Shown here: positions 1-9,575 of the stretch, piece by piece | How positions within the stretch are numbered: the first letter of the stretch is position 1 | Layout: every line of letters starts with the position of its first letter | Origin: an uncultured Bacteroidales bacterium | GTDB lineage: Bacteria; Bacteroidota; Bacteroidia; Bacteroidales; ML635J-15 | NCBI GenBank assembly: GCA_937982115.1 | Contig: CALJNE010000019.1 | Coordinates: 20,084 to 84,083 of the forward strand | Reading direction: 5' to 3' | Length of the DNA: 64,000 nucleotides | Position numbers and translations under genes: made by a program | Notes under the pieces: model-generated | The model's database searches: none | What the model saw: the letters and a program-made list of their open reading frames with translations, nothing else | Told to the model about the DNA's origin: nothing

Positions 1-1
1 A

Positions 2-1897
2 ATTATAATACAACTTCCGGGAGGAGTTTCTACCGATAAAACCATTGATGCTCTTTATGCTTTTACAAAATGCGAAGTTTCAATTGCTACCTACGCCTGC
101 GTCATTGACAATGATACTCCGAAATTTTTGGGAGTTAGCGAAATTTTAAGAATTTCTGTAGATAATACAAAAAAATTACTCCAACAGGAATTATTAATTC
201 GTAAGAACGAACTCCAAGAAATGTGGCATCAATTATCGCTTGAAAAATGGTTTATTGAAAAAAGGATTTATAAAGAAAAGAACTACGAAAACGCTGAATC
301 AACTGATGCCGCTCTGGATTTTATTCACTCCAAAATAATCGAGCATAAACTCGTGCTTGCTCGCGAAATTAATCGTGATGATTTATTGAAACTCCTCGAA
401 ATAAAAATGAAACGTATTTTACGTTTCAACAGTTTTAAAGCCGAAGAAGAGCTTTTGAAAATCCTCGAGGAAATTAAAGAGGTTGATTATCATCTCGATC
501 ATCTTACCGAATATACAATTGACTGGTTTGCCCGACTAAAAGAAAAATACGGAAAAGGAAGAGAAAGAAAAACCGAAATACGTTCTTTTGACAACATTGA
601 TACTACTCAAGTTGTAATTGCAAACGAAAAACTTTATGTGAACTATAAAGAAGGTTTTGCCGGTTACGGGCTTAAAAAGGACACTTACGTTTGCGATTGT
701 TCGGATATAGACGATATCATTGTTTTTAGACGTGACGGAAAATTCATTGTCTCGAAAGTTTCTGAGAAAGCATTTTTTGGTAAAGACATTATTTATGTTA
801 ATGTTTTCAAAAAGAATGATTCCCGAACAATTTACAATGTTGTTTACCGAAACGGAAGAACAAGTGTTTCATTTATTAAACGTTTTGCCGTTACCGGAAT
901 AACAAGAGATAAAGAATACGACATTACTCAAGGAATTGAAGGTTCCCGTATATTGTATTTTACAGCAAATCCTAACGGAGAGGCCGAGGTCATTAAAGTC
1001 TATCTAAAACCTAAACCAAAAATACGAAAACTGGTATTTGAGGTTGACTTTAAAGATGTTTTAATAAAAAGTCGTAATGCTCATGGAAATATTCTCACAA
1101 AAAATGACATCCACAAAATTACCCTTAAAGAAGAGGGAATATCAACTCTGGGCGGATTGAAAATTTGGTTCGACGATGAAGTCTTGAGACTTAACACCGA
1201 CGGTAGAGGACGATATCTGGGCGAATTTTTAGGCAACGATAAAATTGTGGTAATTACAAGATCAGGTTATTTCAGAACTTGCAATTTTGATATTTCTAAT
1301 CACTTTGAAGATGATATTTTAATAATCGAAAAATTCGATCCGGAAAAAGTTTACACTGCTATTCATTTCGATGCTGAACAAAACGCCTTTTATCTAAAGA
1401 GGTTTCAAGTTGAAGAATCGTTAAAAGAACAATGTTTACTTTCCGAAATGGAAGGTTCTTATCTGGTTGATGTTAGCGACGATAAATATCCTCAAGTAAA
1501 AATTACTTTTGGAGGCAAACACGAAAAACGCGAACCTGAATTTATTGATGCTGAAGAATTTATAGCAGTAAAAGGATTTAAAGCCCGCGGAAAAAGACTT
1601 ACTACTTTTGAAGTAAAAGAAATTATTTTTGACGACCCTCTCGATAAAGTAGAACAAAACTATCCCGAAGAAGAAAATAGCATTGATAATCTGAACGGCT
1701 CTAACGATGAACTTAATAATTCAGTTGAAAACCCTGATGATATTCCGTTTGAGGTTGTAGAAAATATTACAGAAGAAGACATCGATTTCGAAATCATTGA
1801 AACTGACGAAGAAAAAACACAGAACACAGTTTCAATATCCGAAAAAAAACGGAATAAAAAGAATGATTCGGACGATAAACAAATGACTCTGTTCTGA
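2..1897 (+). CDS. parC: DNA topoisomerase IV subunit A (GyrA/ParC family), C-terminal ~630 aa; the 5' end lies outside the window
   Basis: The frame of ORF 128..1897 stays open back to nt 2 (IIIQLPGGVSTDKTIDALYAFTKCEVSIATYACVIDNDTPKFLGVSEILR...). This string and the following KLYVNYKEGFAGYGLKKDTYVCDCSDIDDIIVF region match my recollection of Bacteroidota ParC. The protein ends in an acidic tail. Confidence 0.8.
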   Translation: MIIQLPGGVSTDKTIDALYAFTKCEVSIATYACVIDNDTPKFLGVSEILRISVDNTKKLLQQELLIRKNELQEMWHQLSLEKWFIEKRIYKEKNYENAESTDAALDFIHSKIIEHKLVLAREINRDDLLKLLEIKMKRILRFNSFKAEEELLKILEEIKEVDYHLDHLTEYTIDWFARLKEKYGKGRERKTEIRSFDNIDTTQVVIANEKLYVNYKEGFAGYGLKKDTYVCDCSDIDDIIVFRRDGKFIVSKVSEKAFFGKDIIYVNVFKKNDSRTIYNVVYRNGRTSVSFIKRFAVTGITRDKEYDITQGIEGSRILYFTANPNGEAEVIKVYLKPKPKIRKLVFEVDFKDVLIKSRNAHGNILTKNDIHKITLKEEGISTLGGLKIWFDDEVLRLNTDGRGRYLGEFLGNDKIVVITRSGYFRTCNFDISNHFEDDILIIEKFDPEKVYTAIHFDAEQNAFYLKRFQVEESLKEQCLLSEMEGSYLVDVSDDKYPQVKITFGGKHEKREPEFIDAEEFIAVKGFKARGKRLTTFEVKEIIFDDPLDKVEQNYPEEENSIDNLNGSNDELNNSVENPDDIPFEVVENITEEDIDFEIIETDEEKTQNTVSISEKKRNKKNDSDDKQMTLF

Positions 1898-1899
1898 TA

Positions 1900-2676
1900 A
1901 TGAAAAAGATTTTATTCTATATTTCAACTTTATGTATCATAATTTCTTGTAACAATTCAGTAGAATACAAAAAAATCCAAAAAGATTTTGCAGATGTTGA
2001 GTTTATTTGCGACACTCTTAAACTCGATAGTTTATTGCAAAAAATTCCTGACTATAGCATAATTGTAAAAACCATAAAAACAGAAAACCTAAGGTACAAC
2101 CATCAAATTTTATTAAATTACCAGACAGCTGATGAATATTTGAATTCAAAAGAGACAGCTTTTGCCGCAGGCATGTTTACGGCTGATTTGGGCTATGTCC
2201 GCCATTTTGAAAGAGTTCAAGATTGCATGGATTTTATGTATTCATTGCGAATACTTGCAGAAAAACTTGCTATTAGCAATAAAAATTTTGATAAACTTGT
2301 CCCTGCTATTGAACGTAATTTATACAACAAAGATTCTATTTTTATAATTACAGACAGTGTTTTTAATTTAGGAAAACAACTATTTAACGACAGCGAACGA
2401 TATGGAATGGCGGCATTATTTGCCTCCGGTATCTGGCTCGAAACGCTTTATTTAGGACTAAATTCAACCACTGACAAAAATATCAATGATACTGTTTTAA
2501 TAAACCATTTTGAAATTTTGAAAATTATTAATAGTACATTATCTGCATTGAAAGATGACGACATAATCGAAAAAATAAAAAAGGACTTTATCCTGATCGA
2601 AAATAAAGGCTATGATAATCCGGCACTTAAAAAAGACATTTTATTAATTCGATCAAAATATATCAAGAATTTATAA
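1900..2676 (+). CDS. hypothetical lipoprotein
   Basis: 258-aa ORF starting 2 nt after the parC stop. Signal peptide with a lipobox-like LCIIISC. No recognisable catalytic motif. Confidence 0.55.
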   Translation: MKKILFYISTLCIIISCNNSVEYKKIQKDFADVEFICDTLKLDSLLQKIPDYSIIVKTIKTENLRYNHQILLNYQTADEYLNSKETAFAAGMFTADLGYVRHFERVQDCMDFMYSLRILAEKLAISNKNFDKLVPAIERNLYNKDSIFIITDSVFNLGKQLFNDSERYGMAALFASGIWLETLYLGLNSTTDKNINDTVLINHFEILKIINSTLSALKDDDIIEKIKKDFILIENKGYDNPALKKDILLIRSKYIKNL

Positions 2677-2768
2677 ACGCAATTTCTTAGCGAAAAATTA
2701 CAGTTAATCTTGTTAATAAAAATTTCTTTGATTACATTTGTAGAGGGATTGAAATAAAAAATTTAATT

Positions 2769-5700
2769 ATGAAAAAGGCAATTTTATTCTTTTTAATTTT
2801 TGTGATTTTCATAAAAGTTTATTCGCAAAGCGAAATTTATAAGTCAATTCATCAATTAGAGAGTGAGTATTACAAAGAGCTTGGCTATGATTATAGTTAT
2901 TATGAAAAAATAAACTCTCTTTCACCAATAACTGCCGATAAGAGTTCAAAAACTTGCAATCTTCAGAAAATTGTTTTCGGATGGCATCCGTATTGGGCGA
3001 ATGGTAAAGAAGGAAATTATCAATGGAATTTATTAAGTGATCTTTGTTATTTCTCTTATGAGGTAAATCCTAATACCGGAAATGCTAACACTACTAATGG
3101 ATGGGCGACTGCCAATGCTGTAACTCAAGCTCTGGCAAACGGAGTAAGAGTAAGCCTGTGTGTTACTTTATTCAGCGATCATGCTACATTTTTTGCAAAT
3201 TCCACCGCACAACAAACTTTAATAACAAACCTTATTAATCTTGTTCAGAGCAGAGGTGCTCATGGGGTTAATATTGATTTTGAAGGAGTTCCAAGTTCTC
3301 AAAAAACTGCTTTTAATAATTTTCTAATTAATCTTTGCACTCAATTCCACTCTCAAATTCCCGGGTCTAAAGTTAGTTTGTGTTTATATGCTGTTGATTG
3401 GAGCGATGTTTTTGATGAAGTAGCATTAAATCCTCACATAGATTACTTTACTATAATGGGCTACGATTACTACTACAGCGGCAGTTCTGTTGCCGGACCT
3501 ACTGCTCCTCTTTACACATTTAATACTTTCAACTATAATCTTGCAAGGTCGGTAAATTATTATCTTTCTCAAGGCATCAGTAAAGAAAAACTTGTCCTCG
3601 GCTTACCGTATTATGGTATGGAATGGAATACAACTTCATCATCAGTGCCTTCAAGTACCACAAGCTATGTAAGTAGTAGAACCTACAAGACAATTAAAGA
3701 CAATACTTCCGGCAACTATTCAAACAGACAATGGGATAATACCGGAATCTGTCCATATTATGTGTACTACTCTTCAAATTGGAGACAATGTTTTGTTGAT
3801 GATGAAGAAAGTCTTGGCATTAAGTATGATTTCGTTAATATGATGGGAATTGCCGGTATTGGCATTTGGGCTCTAAGTTATGATGATGGATACACTCAAC
3901 TCTGGAATTTAATTCGAGATAAATTTTCCGATTGTGCTACTGTACCTTGTTCCGGAACATTTTATGATTTAGGTGGACCATATAAAGATTATCTGAATAA
4001 TTCAAATTACAACTTTACTATTGCTCCCACAGGAGCCAGTAAAGTAATCCTTAATTTCCCCGAATTTGATGTAGAAGCCGGAAGTGGCTCTACTTGCAAC
4101 TATGATTATGTTGAAATTTTCGACGGGCCAGGCACAGCATCGTCAAGTTTAGGAAGGTTCTGTAATACAACGGGAAATCCAGGAACAATTATCTCCACAG
4201 GAAATTCTTTAACTGTAAAAGTTTACACAGATGGAGCCACCGTAAAAGCCGGTTTCAGAGGAGAATGGTCTTGTATTATGGATAATATTCCTCCTGAAAC
4301 ACAAATAATCACTGAAGACTGGCAAAAACAAAATTTTTCCGTTCAATTTAATGACTCCGATAACGATGCTGTTGATCTGAAGTTTTATCAAGTTCTTGAT
4401 TTTAATGGTTCTGAATGGAGAGCAAACGGAAATTACGGATTTTTTAACGACAACTTTAATTCCACCATACACTCCGAATGGACAAACCTCTCCGGAACAT
4501 GGAATATAAATAACGGAGTCCTTGCTCAAACTGACCAGAATTTGTCTAATAATAATATTTATGCTGCAGTAAATCAACAAGGAGATTACATTTACCTTTT
4601 TCAATGGAAAATGAAATTATCAGGTAGCGGAACAAATCGCAGAGCTGGATTGTATATTTTCTGCTCTCAACCCGAACTCTCTCAACGAGGAAATGCGTAT
4701 ATGATTTATTTTAGAGTTGATGACAATAAATGTCAGATTTATCGCTGTACAGATAATAACATTGTTTTAAAAACCGATGATGACACTAATGTTGATGCTA
4801 ATGTTTGGTATGACTATAAGGTAATTTACCATCCACAAACAGGTGTAATCAGAGCTTACCAGAATAATGTTTTAGTTTCAACCTGGACCGATCCTAATCC
4901 TATTACAACTGGTATTGCCATTTCGCTACGAACAGGAGGTTGTATAGCGGAATACGATGACATTAAAGTTTATAAATCACGCTCCAATACTGTAAATGTA
5001 AGTGTTGGAACAAATTCGGAAGTTAGATATGAGAATACCAACCCAACAACTCCTGCTTGTCAAATCAACACGATAATCACAGACCTTACCGGAAACTTTT
5101 CTAACCTTGTTTCGAAAAATATAAATATTGACAGAACAGCTCCACAAGCAGTTCCTTATGTAAACGACGGTGCCGGAAACGACATTGATATTACTTATAA
5201 CGGAACAACTTTAAGTGCAAACTGGGGACCGGCTATTGAACCAAATTCTTACATCACTAAATATGAATATTGTGTCGGAACAACTCCTGGATCTAATAAC
5301 ATAATCAACTGGACTGATGTTGGCACAAACCTCTCTTTCTCTCAATCAGGACTTAATTTGGTTTCAGGTACAACATATTATACTTCAGTAAGAGCAACCA
5401 ACACTGTTAATCTTGTTTCTAACATTACAACAAGCAATGGAGTTCAATACATAAATCCTTCGGATTTAACTATTGCTGCATTTACATACTCCCAAACAAC
5501 AGTTTGCCCAGCAACACCTATTTATTTTTATAATATATCCGTAAATGCAAATTCTTATCAATGGCAAATCACAGGACCTGAAAACCATTCAAGTACAGAG
5601 ACAAATCCATCTTTTATCCTTCAGCCCGGAACTTATCAGGTACAACTAACGGCATTCGGAAGCCTTGGTAATGATGTTCATTCTGCAAACATTACAATTA

Positions 5701-6971
5701 CGCATTTAGCTCTTCCTCAAGTTCCGGCATCTGTAAACGCATCAAACACAACTATCTGTACCGGAAATTCAATAACTTTGTCTTATTCAGGTGGTTCGGG
5801 CGATAATTTTGTGTGGTATGCAAACTCCTGCGGAACAATTCAAATCGGAACCGGAAATAATCTAAATATAACCCCAACACAATCAACAACATATTTCGGA
5901 AGATGGGAAAATCAATGTGGAAATTCTCCTTGTTTGCAAATTCCTGTTACTGTAATAAATTATCCCGAAAATGCAGTATCAATAACGGCTGAACAACAAC
6001 AAATTTGCTTAAATAATTCAACAACACTTAGTTTTACAGGTGGTAACGGTGATAACTTTTACTGGTACACCGATAATTGTGGGGAAAACCTCATAGGAAC
6101 AGGAAATAACTTTGTTGTTCAACCCACCCAAAACACTGTTTATTATGGAAGATGGGAAAACACTTGCGGTTACTCTGAATGCAATCAAATAGAAATTTCG
6201 GTAATTCAAAGTCCTGAAGAAGCTGTTTCAGTTTTTGCAAATCCTCAACAAATTTGTGATGATGGTAGTACTATGTTAAGTTTTGTTGGTGGCAATGGAG
6301 CAAATTTTGTCTGGTATGATAATGAATGTGGCGGAAATGTCATTGGGACAGGAAATAATCTAATTATTCAACCAAATCAAAATACCACATATTTTGGAAG
6401 ATGGGAAAATCAATGTGGTGTTTCTAATTGCAAACAGGTTTCTGTAGTTCATTCAAATACCCCTCTAGCAGATTTTTATGCAACTGAAACAGTTCTTTAT
6501 CTACCAAATGCCATTGCTTATTTTGTAAATGACTCTCAAAATGCAGATTACTATTATTGGGATTTTGGTGATGGAGATTTTTCATTAGAAACAAATCCGA
6601 GTCATCAGTATCAAATTGCAGGTTCTTTTACTGTATATTTAACTGCATACAATAATATTTGCGGTCAAAACACCAAAACTCTCGAAAACTATATAACAGT
6701 TAACTCCTCAAGTACAATTAGTACTGAAATAAAGAATTCGCAAATTTTAGTAAGCCCCAATCCCGCAAAAGACTTTATTAATATTAACTCGACAGAAAAA
6801 TTTATTACCCAAATCGAAATAGTAACAACTACTGGCCAAATATTATATTCTGTAAAAGTAAATGCTTATAATACATCAATAAACGTCTTTGATTTAAAAC
6901 CGGCAGTTTACTATCTGAACATTTATACTTCCGAAGAAGTCCATAAACAAAAAATCTCTGTAATAAAATAA
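2769..6971 (+). CDS. multidomain T9SS-secreted protein: GH18 (YaaH/chitinase-like) domain, CUB-like domain, LamG/DUF1080-like domain, FN3/PKD modules, three Ig-like Cys-containing modules, T9SS C-terminal sorting domain
   Basis: Signal peptide. GH18 motif HGVNIDFEG (DxE) with MGYDYY and WALSYDD. CNYDYVEIFDG is CUB-like. A PKD-like WDFGDGD is present. The C-terminus VSPNPAKDFININ...YYLNIYT...KISVIK is typical of T9SS type-A CTDs. Confidence 0.8.
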   Translation: MKKAILFFLIFVIFIKVYSQSEIYKSIHQLESEYYKELGYDYSYYEKINSLSPITADKSSKTCNLQKIVFGWHPYWANGKEGNYQWNLLSDLCYFSYEVNPNTGNANTTNGWATANAVTQALANGVRVSLCVTLFSDHATFFANSTAQQTLITNLINLVQSRGAHGVNIDFEGVPSSQKTAFNNFLINLCTQFHSQIPGSKVSLCLYAVDWSDVFDEVALNPHIDYFTIMGYDYYYSGSSVAGPTAPLYTFNTFNYNLARSVNYYLSQGISKEKLVLGLPYYGMEWNTTSSSVPSSTTSYVSSRTYKTIKDNTSGNYSNRQWDNTGICPYYVYYSSNWRQCFVDDEESLGIKYDFVNMMGIAGIGIWALSYDDGYTQLWNLIRDKFSDCATVPCSGTFYDLGGPYKDYLNNSNYNFTIAPTGASKVILNFPEFDVEAGSGSTCNYDYVEIFDGPGTASSSLGRFCNTTGNPGTIISTGNSLTVKVYTDGATVKAGFRGEWSCIMDNIPPETQIITEDWQKQNFSVQFNDSDNDAVDLKFYQVLDFNGSEWRANGNYGFFNDNFNSTIHSEWTNLSGTWNINNGVLAQTDQNLSNNNIYAAVNQQGDYIYLFQWKMKLSGSGTNRRAGLYIFCSQPELSQRGNAYMIYFRVDDNKCQIYRCTDNNIVLKTDDDTNVDANVWYDYKVIYHPQTGVIRAYQNNVLVSTWTDPNPITTGIAISLRTGGCIAEYDDIKVYKSRSNTVNVSVGTNSEVRYENTNPTTPACQINTIITDLTGNFSNLVSKNINIDRTAPQAVPYVNDGAGNDIDITYNGTTLSANWGPAIEPNSYITKYEYCVGTTPGSNNIINWTDVGTNLSFSQSGLNLVSGTTYYTSVRATNTVNLVSNITTSNGVQYINPSDLTIAAFTYSQTTVCPATPIYFYNISVNANSYQWQITGPENHSSTETNPSFILQPGTYQVQLTAFGSLGNDVHSANITITHLALPQVPASVNASNTTICTGNSITLSYSGGSGDNFVWYANSCGTIQIGTGNNLNITPTQSTTYFGRWENQCGNSPCLQIPVTVINYPENAVSITAEQQQICLNNSTTLSFTGGNGDNFYWYTDNCGENLIGTGNNFVVQPTQNTVYYGRWENTCGYSECNQIEISVIQSPEEAVSVFANPQQICDDGSTMLSFVGGNGANFVWYDNECGGNVIGTGNNLIIQPNQNTTYFGRWENQCGVSNCKQVSVVHSNTPLADFYATETVLYLPNAIAYFVNDSQNADYYYWDFGDGDFSLETNPSHQYQIAGSFTVYLTAYNNICGQNTKTLENYITVNSSSTISTEIKNSQILVSPNPAKDFININSTEKFITQIEIVTTTGQILYSVKVNAYNTSINVFDLKPAVYYLNIYTSEEVHKQKISVIK
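5720..6455 (+). repeat. three tandem ~80-aa coding repeats (Ig-like module, consensus ..IC.....L.F.GG.G.NF.WY...CG...IGTGNN....P.Q.T.YFGRWEN.CG.S.C)
   Basis: Repeats read directly in the translation of 2769..6971. The nucleotide copies are diverged (roughly three quarters identical by eye). Confidence 0.8.
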
Positions 6972-7058
6972 TTCTCAATTAAATCACTAAAACTACAATT
7001 AAAGTTTGTGTAAATTTCAGTTCGTCCCACACTAAACATTTTAAAATAACTTATTCGC

Positions 7059-8048
7059 TTAAGTATAATTATAAATTAAATTTTCATCAAAATCAACCTT
7101 AAATCTTCTATTATTAGACTTCCATTTTCGCTTTATTGCAACATAATATTCCGGATTAATAGAATTCCGTTGAAGAAAATTCTGATACAATATTTCCATC
7201 TTCAAATATTTTATCCATGCCAATCTCACCTCCAAAAGTTTATAGTAATCCGGAACAGATTTTAAACTTTGAAGAAAAGAATAAAAATTAGCATATACCT
7301 GCAAGTACTTCGTGGCTACTCCTCGCATAAACCTATTTATAAATTCTTTAAATTCCCGTACTTTGTAATTGTGTATCCTTAAACTTTTCTCTAAATTCTT
7401 GATTTTTACAGGATTATTTTTTTCTCTATTCAAAAGATTAACATCTTCAATTAAAATCTTTTCACCATCCTTAAAGAATAAAAATGCTCTATCCCCAAAT
7501 CTGCCGGAAAATTTCTTGTAAAATACATCCCCTATACGTTCTCCAACATTAACAAACTTAAACTCCGTCAATCGGCTATCAGTAATGGAACAGAAATTAA
7601 CTTTCGGCAAATTTCTTTTGAAGCTCCGAATAACTTGCTTACGTCCTTTTTCACTAAAATTAAAGCTAACTTTATTAGCAATAGTTACCGACTCGTAATC
7701 CTGCTTAACTAATTGCAATGCTAAAAAAATCTTATGACGCCAGTCAAATGCAGTTAAAATACTAATTCCAAATTTTTTAGAAATATTTTTTATCGTCAAA
7801 ACTTCTCCTCTATTAAACATATCAAACAAACTCAGAAACTTTTCTTTCTTATTTATATAATGAATACTGCTACCACTCGTAGGAATAAACGTGCGACGAC
7901 AAACTTTACATCTATATCTTGATACATTTACATATTTTCCAAACTTAACAAAATGTGCACTACCACAATGAGGGCATTCCTTGATTGGAAGATTAACTAT
8001 CTCCTTCGGAAAAGGATTGCGTTTAACTTTTTTCTTTTTCTGGTTCAT
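7059..8048 (-). CDS. IS1595-family-like transposase-related protein (N-terminal zinc ribbon plus HTH; catalytic triad not obvious)
   Basis: CPHCGS...RYRCKVCRRTF zinc ribbon, followed by an HTH-like LTIKNISKKFGISILTAFDWRHKIF. The C-terminal FKEFINRFMRGVATKYLQVYANFYSF resembles the end of the DDE_Tnp_IS1595 domain. The position of the first catalytic Asp reads VSFNFSEKG. Confidence 0.55.
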   Translation of the reverse strand: MNQKKKKVKRNPFPKEIVNLPIKECPHCGSAHFVKFGKYVNVSRYRCKVCRRTFIPTSGSSIHYINKKEKFLSLFDMFNRGEVLTIKNISKKFGISILTAFDWRHKIFLALQLVKQDYESVTIANKVSFNFSEKGRKQVIRSFKRNLPKVNFCSITDSRLTEFKFVNVGERIGDVFYKKFSGRFGDRAFLFFKDGEKILIEDVNLLNREKNNPVKIKNLEKSLRIHNYKVREFKEFINRFMRGVATKYLQVYANFYSFLQSLKSVPDYYKLLEVRLAWIKYLKMEILYQNFLQRNSINPEYYVAIKRKWKSNNRRFKVDFDENLIYNYT

Positions 8049-8660
8049 TTTTTAAAGGTTTTTCAATTACAAATTTTTGCAAAAGTAATAAAAAAATAGA
8101 AATGACAACACATATTTGAAATAAACTATAATATTAAAAAACATACTTCCTATTCATAATTATTTCATCAAAATTAAAAAAATAACACTTTCCCACATTT
8201 ACAACATTCCCAGATTTGATTTCAGAGTATACATTTTCTTCCGAGAAGGGATTTTGTTTAACATTTTCGGTTTTCTATTCATATTTTTAATAGTTTTAAT
8301 TAAATCAACACATTTCTGAAATATTTTATTTTTTCTATTTCTATATACTTAAATCCATTTCGAAACTTTAAAAATATTTACACTTTAATAATCTTGAAAT
8401 TACTTAATTTATGAGCAAGTCAACAATCTCCTGTTGTAAAAGATTATGTTTAACTATTTGATCCATTGAAAATATTCATAAAACCATTTGATGCAAAGTT
8501 AATAAATAAATTGAAACAACAACACATATTTCTAATAGTTTATTAACATATTAATTCACCATTCTAATCATAACCTCAATTCCTCCCTTTCCCAAATTCT
8601 TTCAAAAATTTATGTTAGTTAAGCCTCTAATATCATTTTGTTTTCAAATTTTTTCAAGCA
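8049..8660 (-). repeat. tandem array of three decayed copies of the 5' end plus leader of gene 7059..8048
   Basis: Pseudo-start codons (cat on the plus strand) lie at 8281-8283, 8464-8466 and about 8634-8636. Their minus-strand translations, MNRKPKMLNKIPSRKKMYTLKSNLGML* and MDQIVKHNLLQQEIVDLLIN*, resemble MNQKKKKVKRNPFPKEIVNLPIKECPHCG. The motif caacacat(a)tttc/g recurs at 8106, 8306 and 8519. Confidence 0.6.
8080..8087 (-). promoter_or_regulatory. candidate Bacteroidota -7 promoter box (TACTTTTG = TAnnTTTG) for the IS1595-like gene
   Basis: The minus strand reads tacttttg, 32 nt upstream of the ATG at 8048. This motif occurs by chance fairly often in AT-rich DNA. Confidence 0.35.
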
Positions 8661-8713
8661 CCCAAATAGTTTTTTAAAATTTAAATCTACATTTGCAGAC
8701 TTAAAGATTGTTT

Positions 8714-9292
8714 ATGTTGGATGTATTAACAATTTTTGTTCTGGCGGTAGGACTTTCTATGGATACTTTTGCCGTTTCCATGACTGCAGCCCTTACAGAC
8801 AGATTTAAAATCAAATTTATTTATTATCGTTTTGCTTTCACGATGGGCTTTATACAGTCGTTGGGAATCTTGGTCGGATATTTTCTCGGAATAGGTCTAG
8901 AGAAAATAATTTCTGAATTTGACCATTGGATTGCCTTTGCTCTTTTAGTAATAATAGGAGGAAAAATGCTAATTGAAGGTATTAAAAATAAAGGTTGTGC
9001 AAAAAGAAGCACAATTAATATGAACAATTTCTATATTGTAACCGGTCTGGGAATAGCCACAAGCATTGATGCAGGAATAGTAGGCATAGGAATTTCTCTT
9101 GCAGGATATAATATAATACTTACGACAACATTAATTTTTATTGTAACTTTTTTGTTCTCTTGTTTTGGTTTATTCGGAGGAAAATTTATTTGTAAGTATT
9201 TTAAAAATTTTCCCGCAGAAATTATTGGAGGAATTGTACTGATAATCCTTGGAATAAAAGTATTGATAGAACACGGTGTTTTAATTAAATAG
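8714..9292 (+). CDS. mntP: manganese efflux pump MntP (DUF204 family)
   Basis: Polytopic membrane protein. LAVGLSMDTFAVS and a second GIATSIDAGIVG half match the two-repeat MntP architecture. I chose the ATG at 8714 rather than the TTG at 8708. Confidence 0.75.
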   Translation: MLDVLTIFVLAVGLSMDTFAVSMTAALTDRFKIKFIYYRFAFTMGFIQSLGILVGYFLGIGLEKIISEFDHWIAFALLVIIGGKMLIEGIKNKGCAKRSTINMNNFYIVTGLGIATSIDAGIVGIGISLAGYNIILTTTLIFIVTFLFSCFGLFGGKFICKYFKNFPAEIIGGIVLIILGIKVLIEHGVLIK

Positions 9293-9575
9293 TAACTTAA
9301 TAAATTTTAGTTAATCCGTTAATTGACTGGTTATATAGTTTGATTGTTGATTAATTGTCGGGAACGATTTTTGAGAAAAGAAGAAATAATTTATAAGAAT
9401 GCTTTATAAATTATTCAAGTTAATTTGCAAAACGCTCAATTAGTAATTTTCAAATTCTGAAATTTTTCTTTATAATCCCTTAAATCAGAATTTCACAAAT
9501 TTGACTTTATAAGATTTTTATAACTCAATAAGAGATTTTCAAATTTTTAATGTTTTTTTGTAAAAAAAAAACATT

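Noticed and set aside
4209-4604. 131-aa minus-strand ORF, and similar embedded or antisense ORFs (e.g. 720..902, 1436..1657, 6018..6209, 14246..14479, 17504..17776, 18720..18977, 21251..21532, 22114..22449, 33400..33834, 35616..36089, 45479..46117, 48245..48618, 51663..51973, 56322..56591)
   Set aside because: All lie inside, and mostly antisense to, long ORFs with clear family motifs. Their translations are low-complexity (Ile/Phe/Asn/Lys-rich), as expected for shadow ORFs in AT-rich DNA.
8560-8713. Possible yybP-ykoY (Mn2+) riboswitch upstream of mntP
   Set aside because: The region is extremely AT-rich. It lacks the conserved GGGGAGUAG-type core and any four-way-junction helices I could find. 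It is instead explained by the decayed IS-head array.
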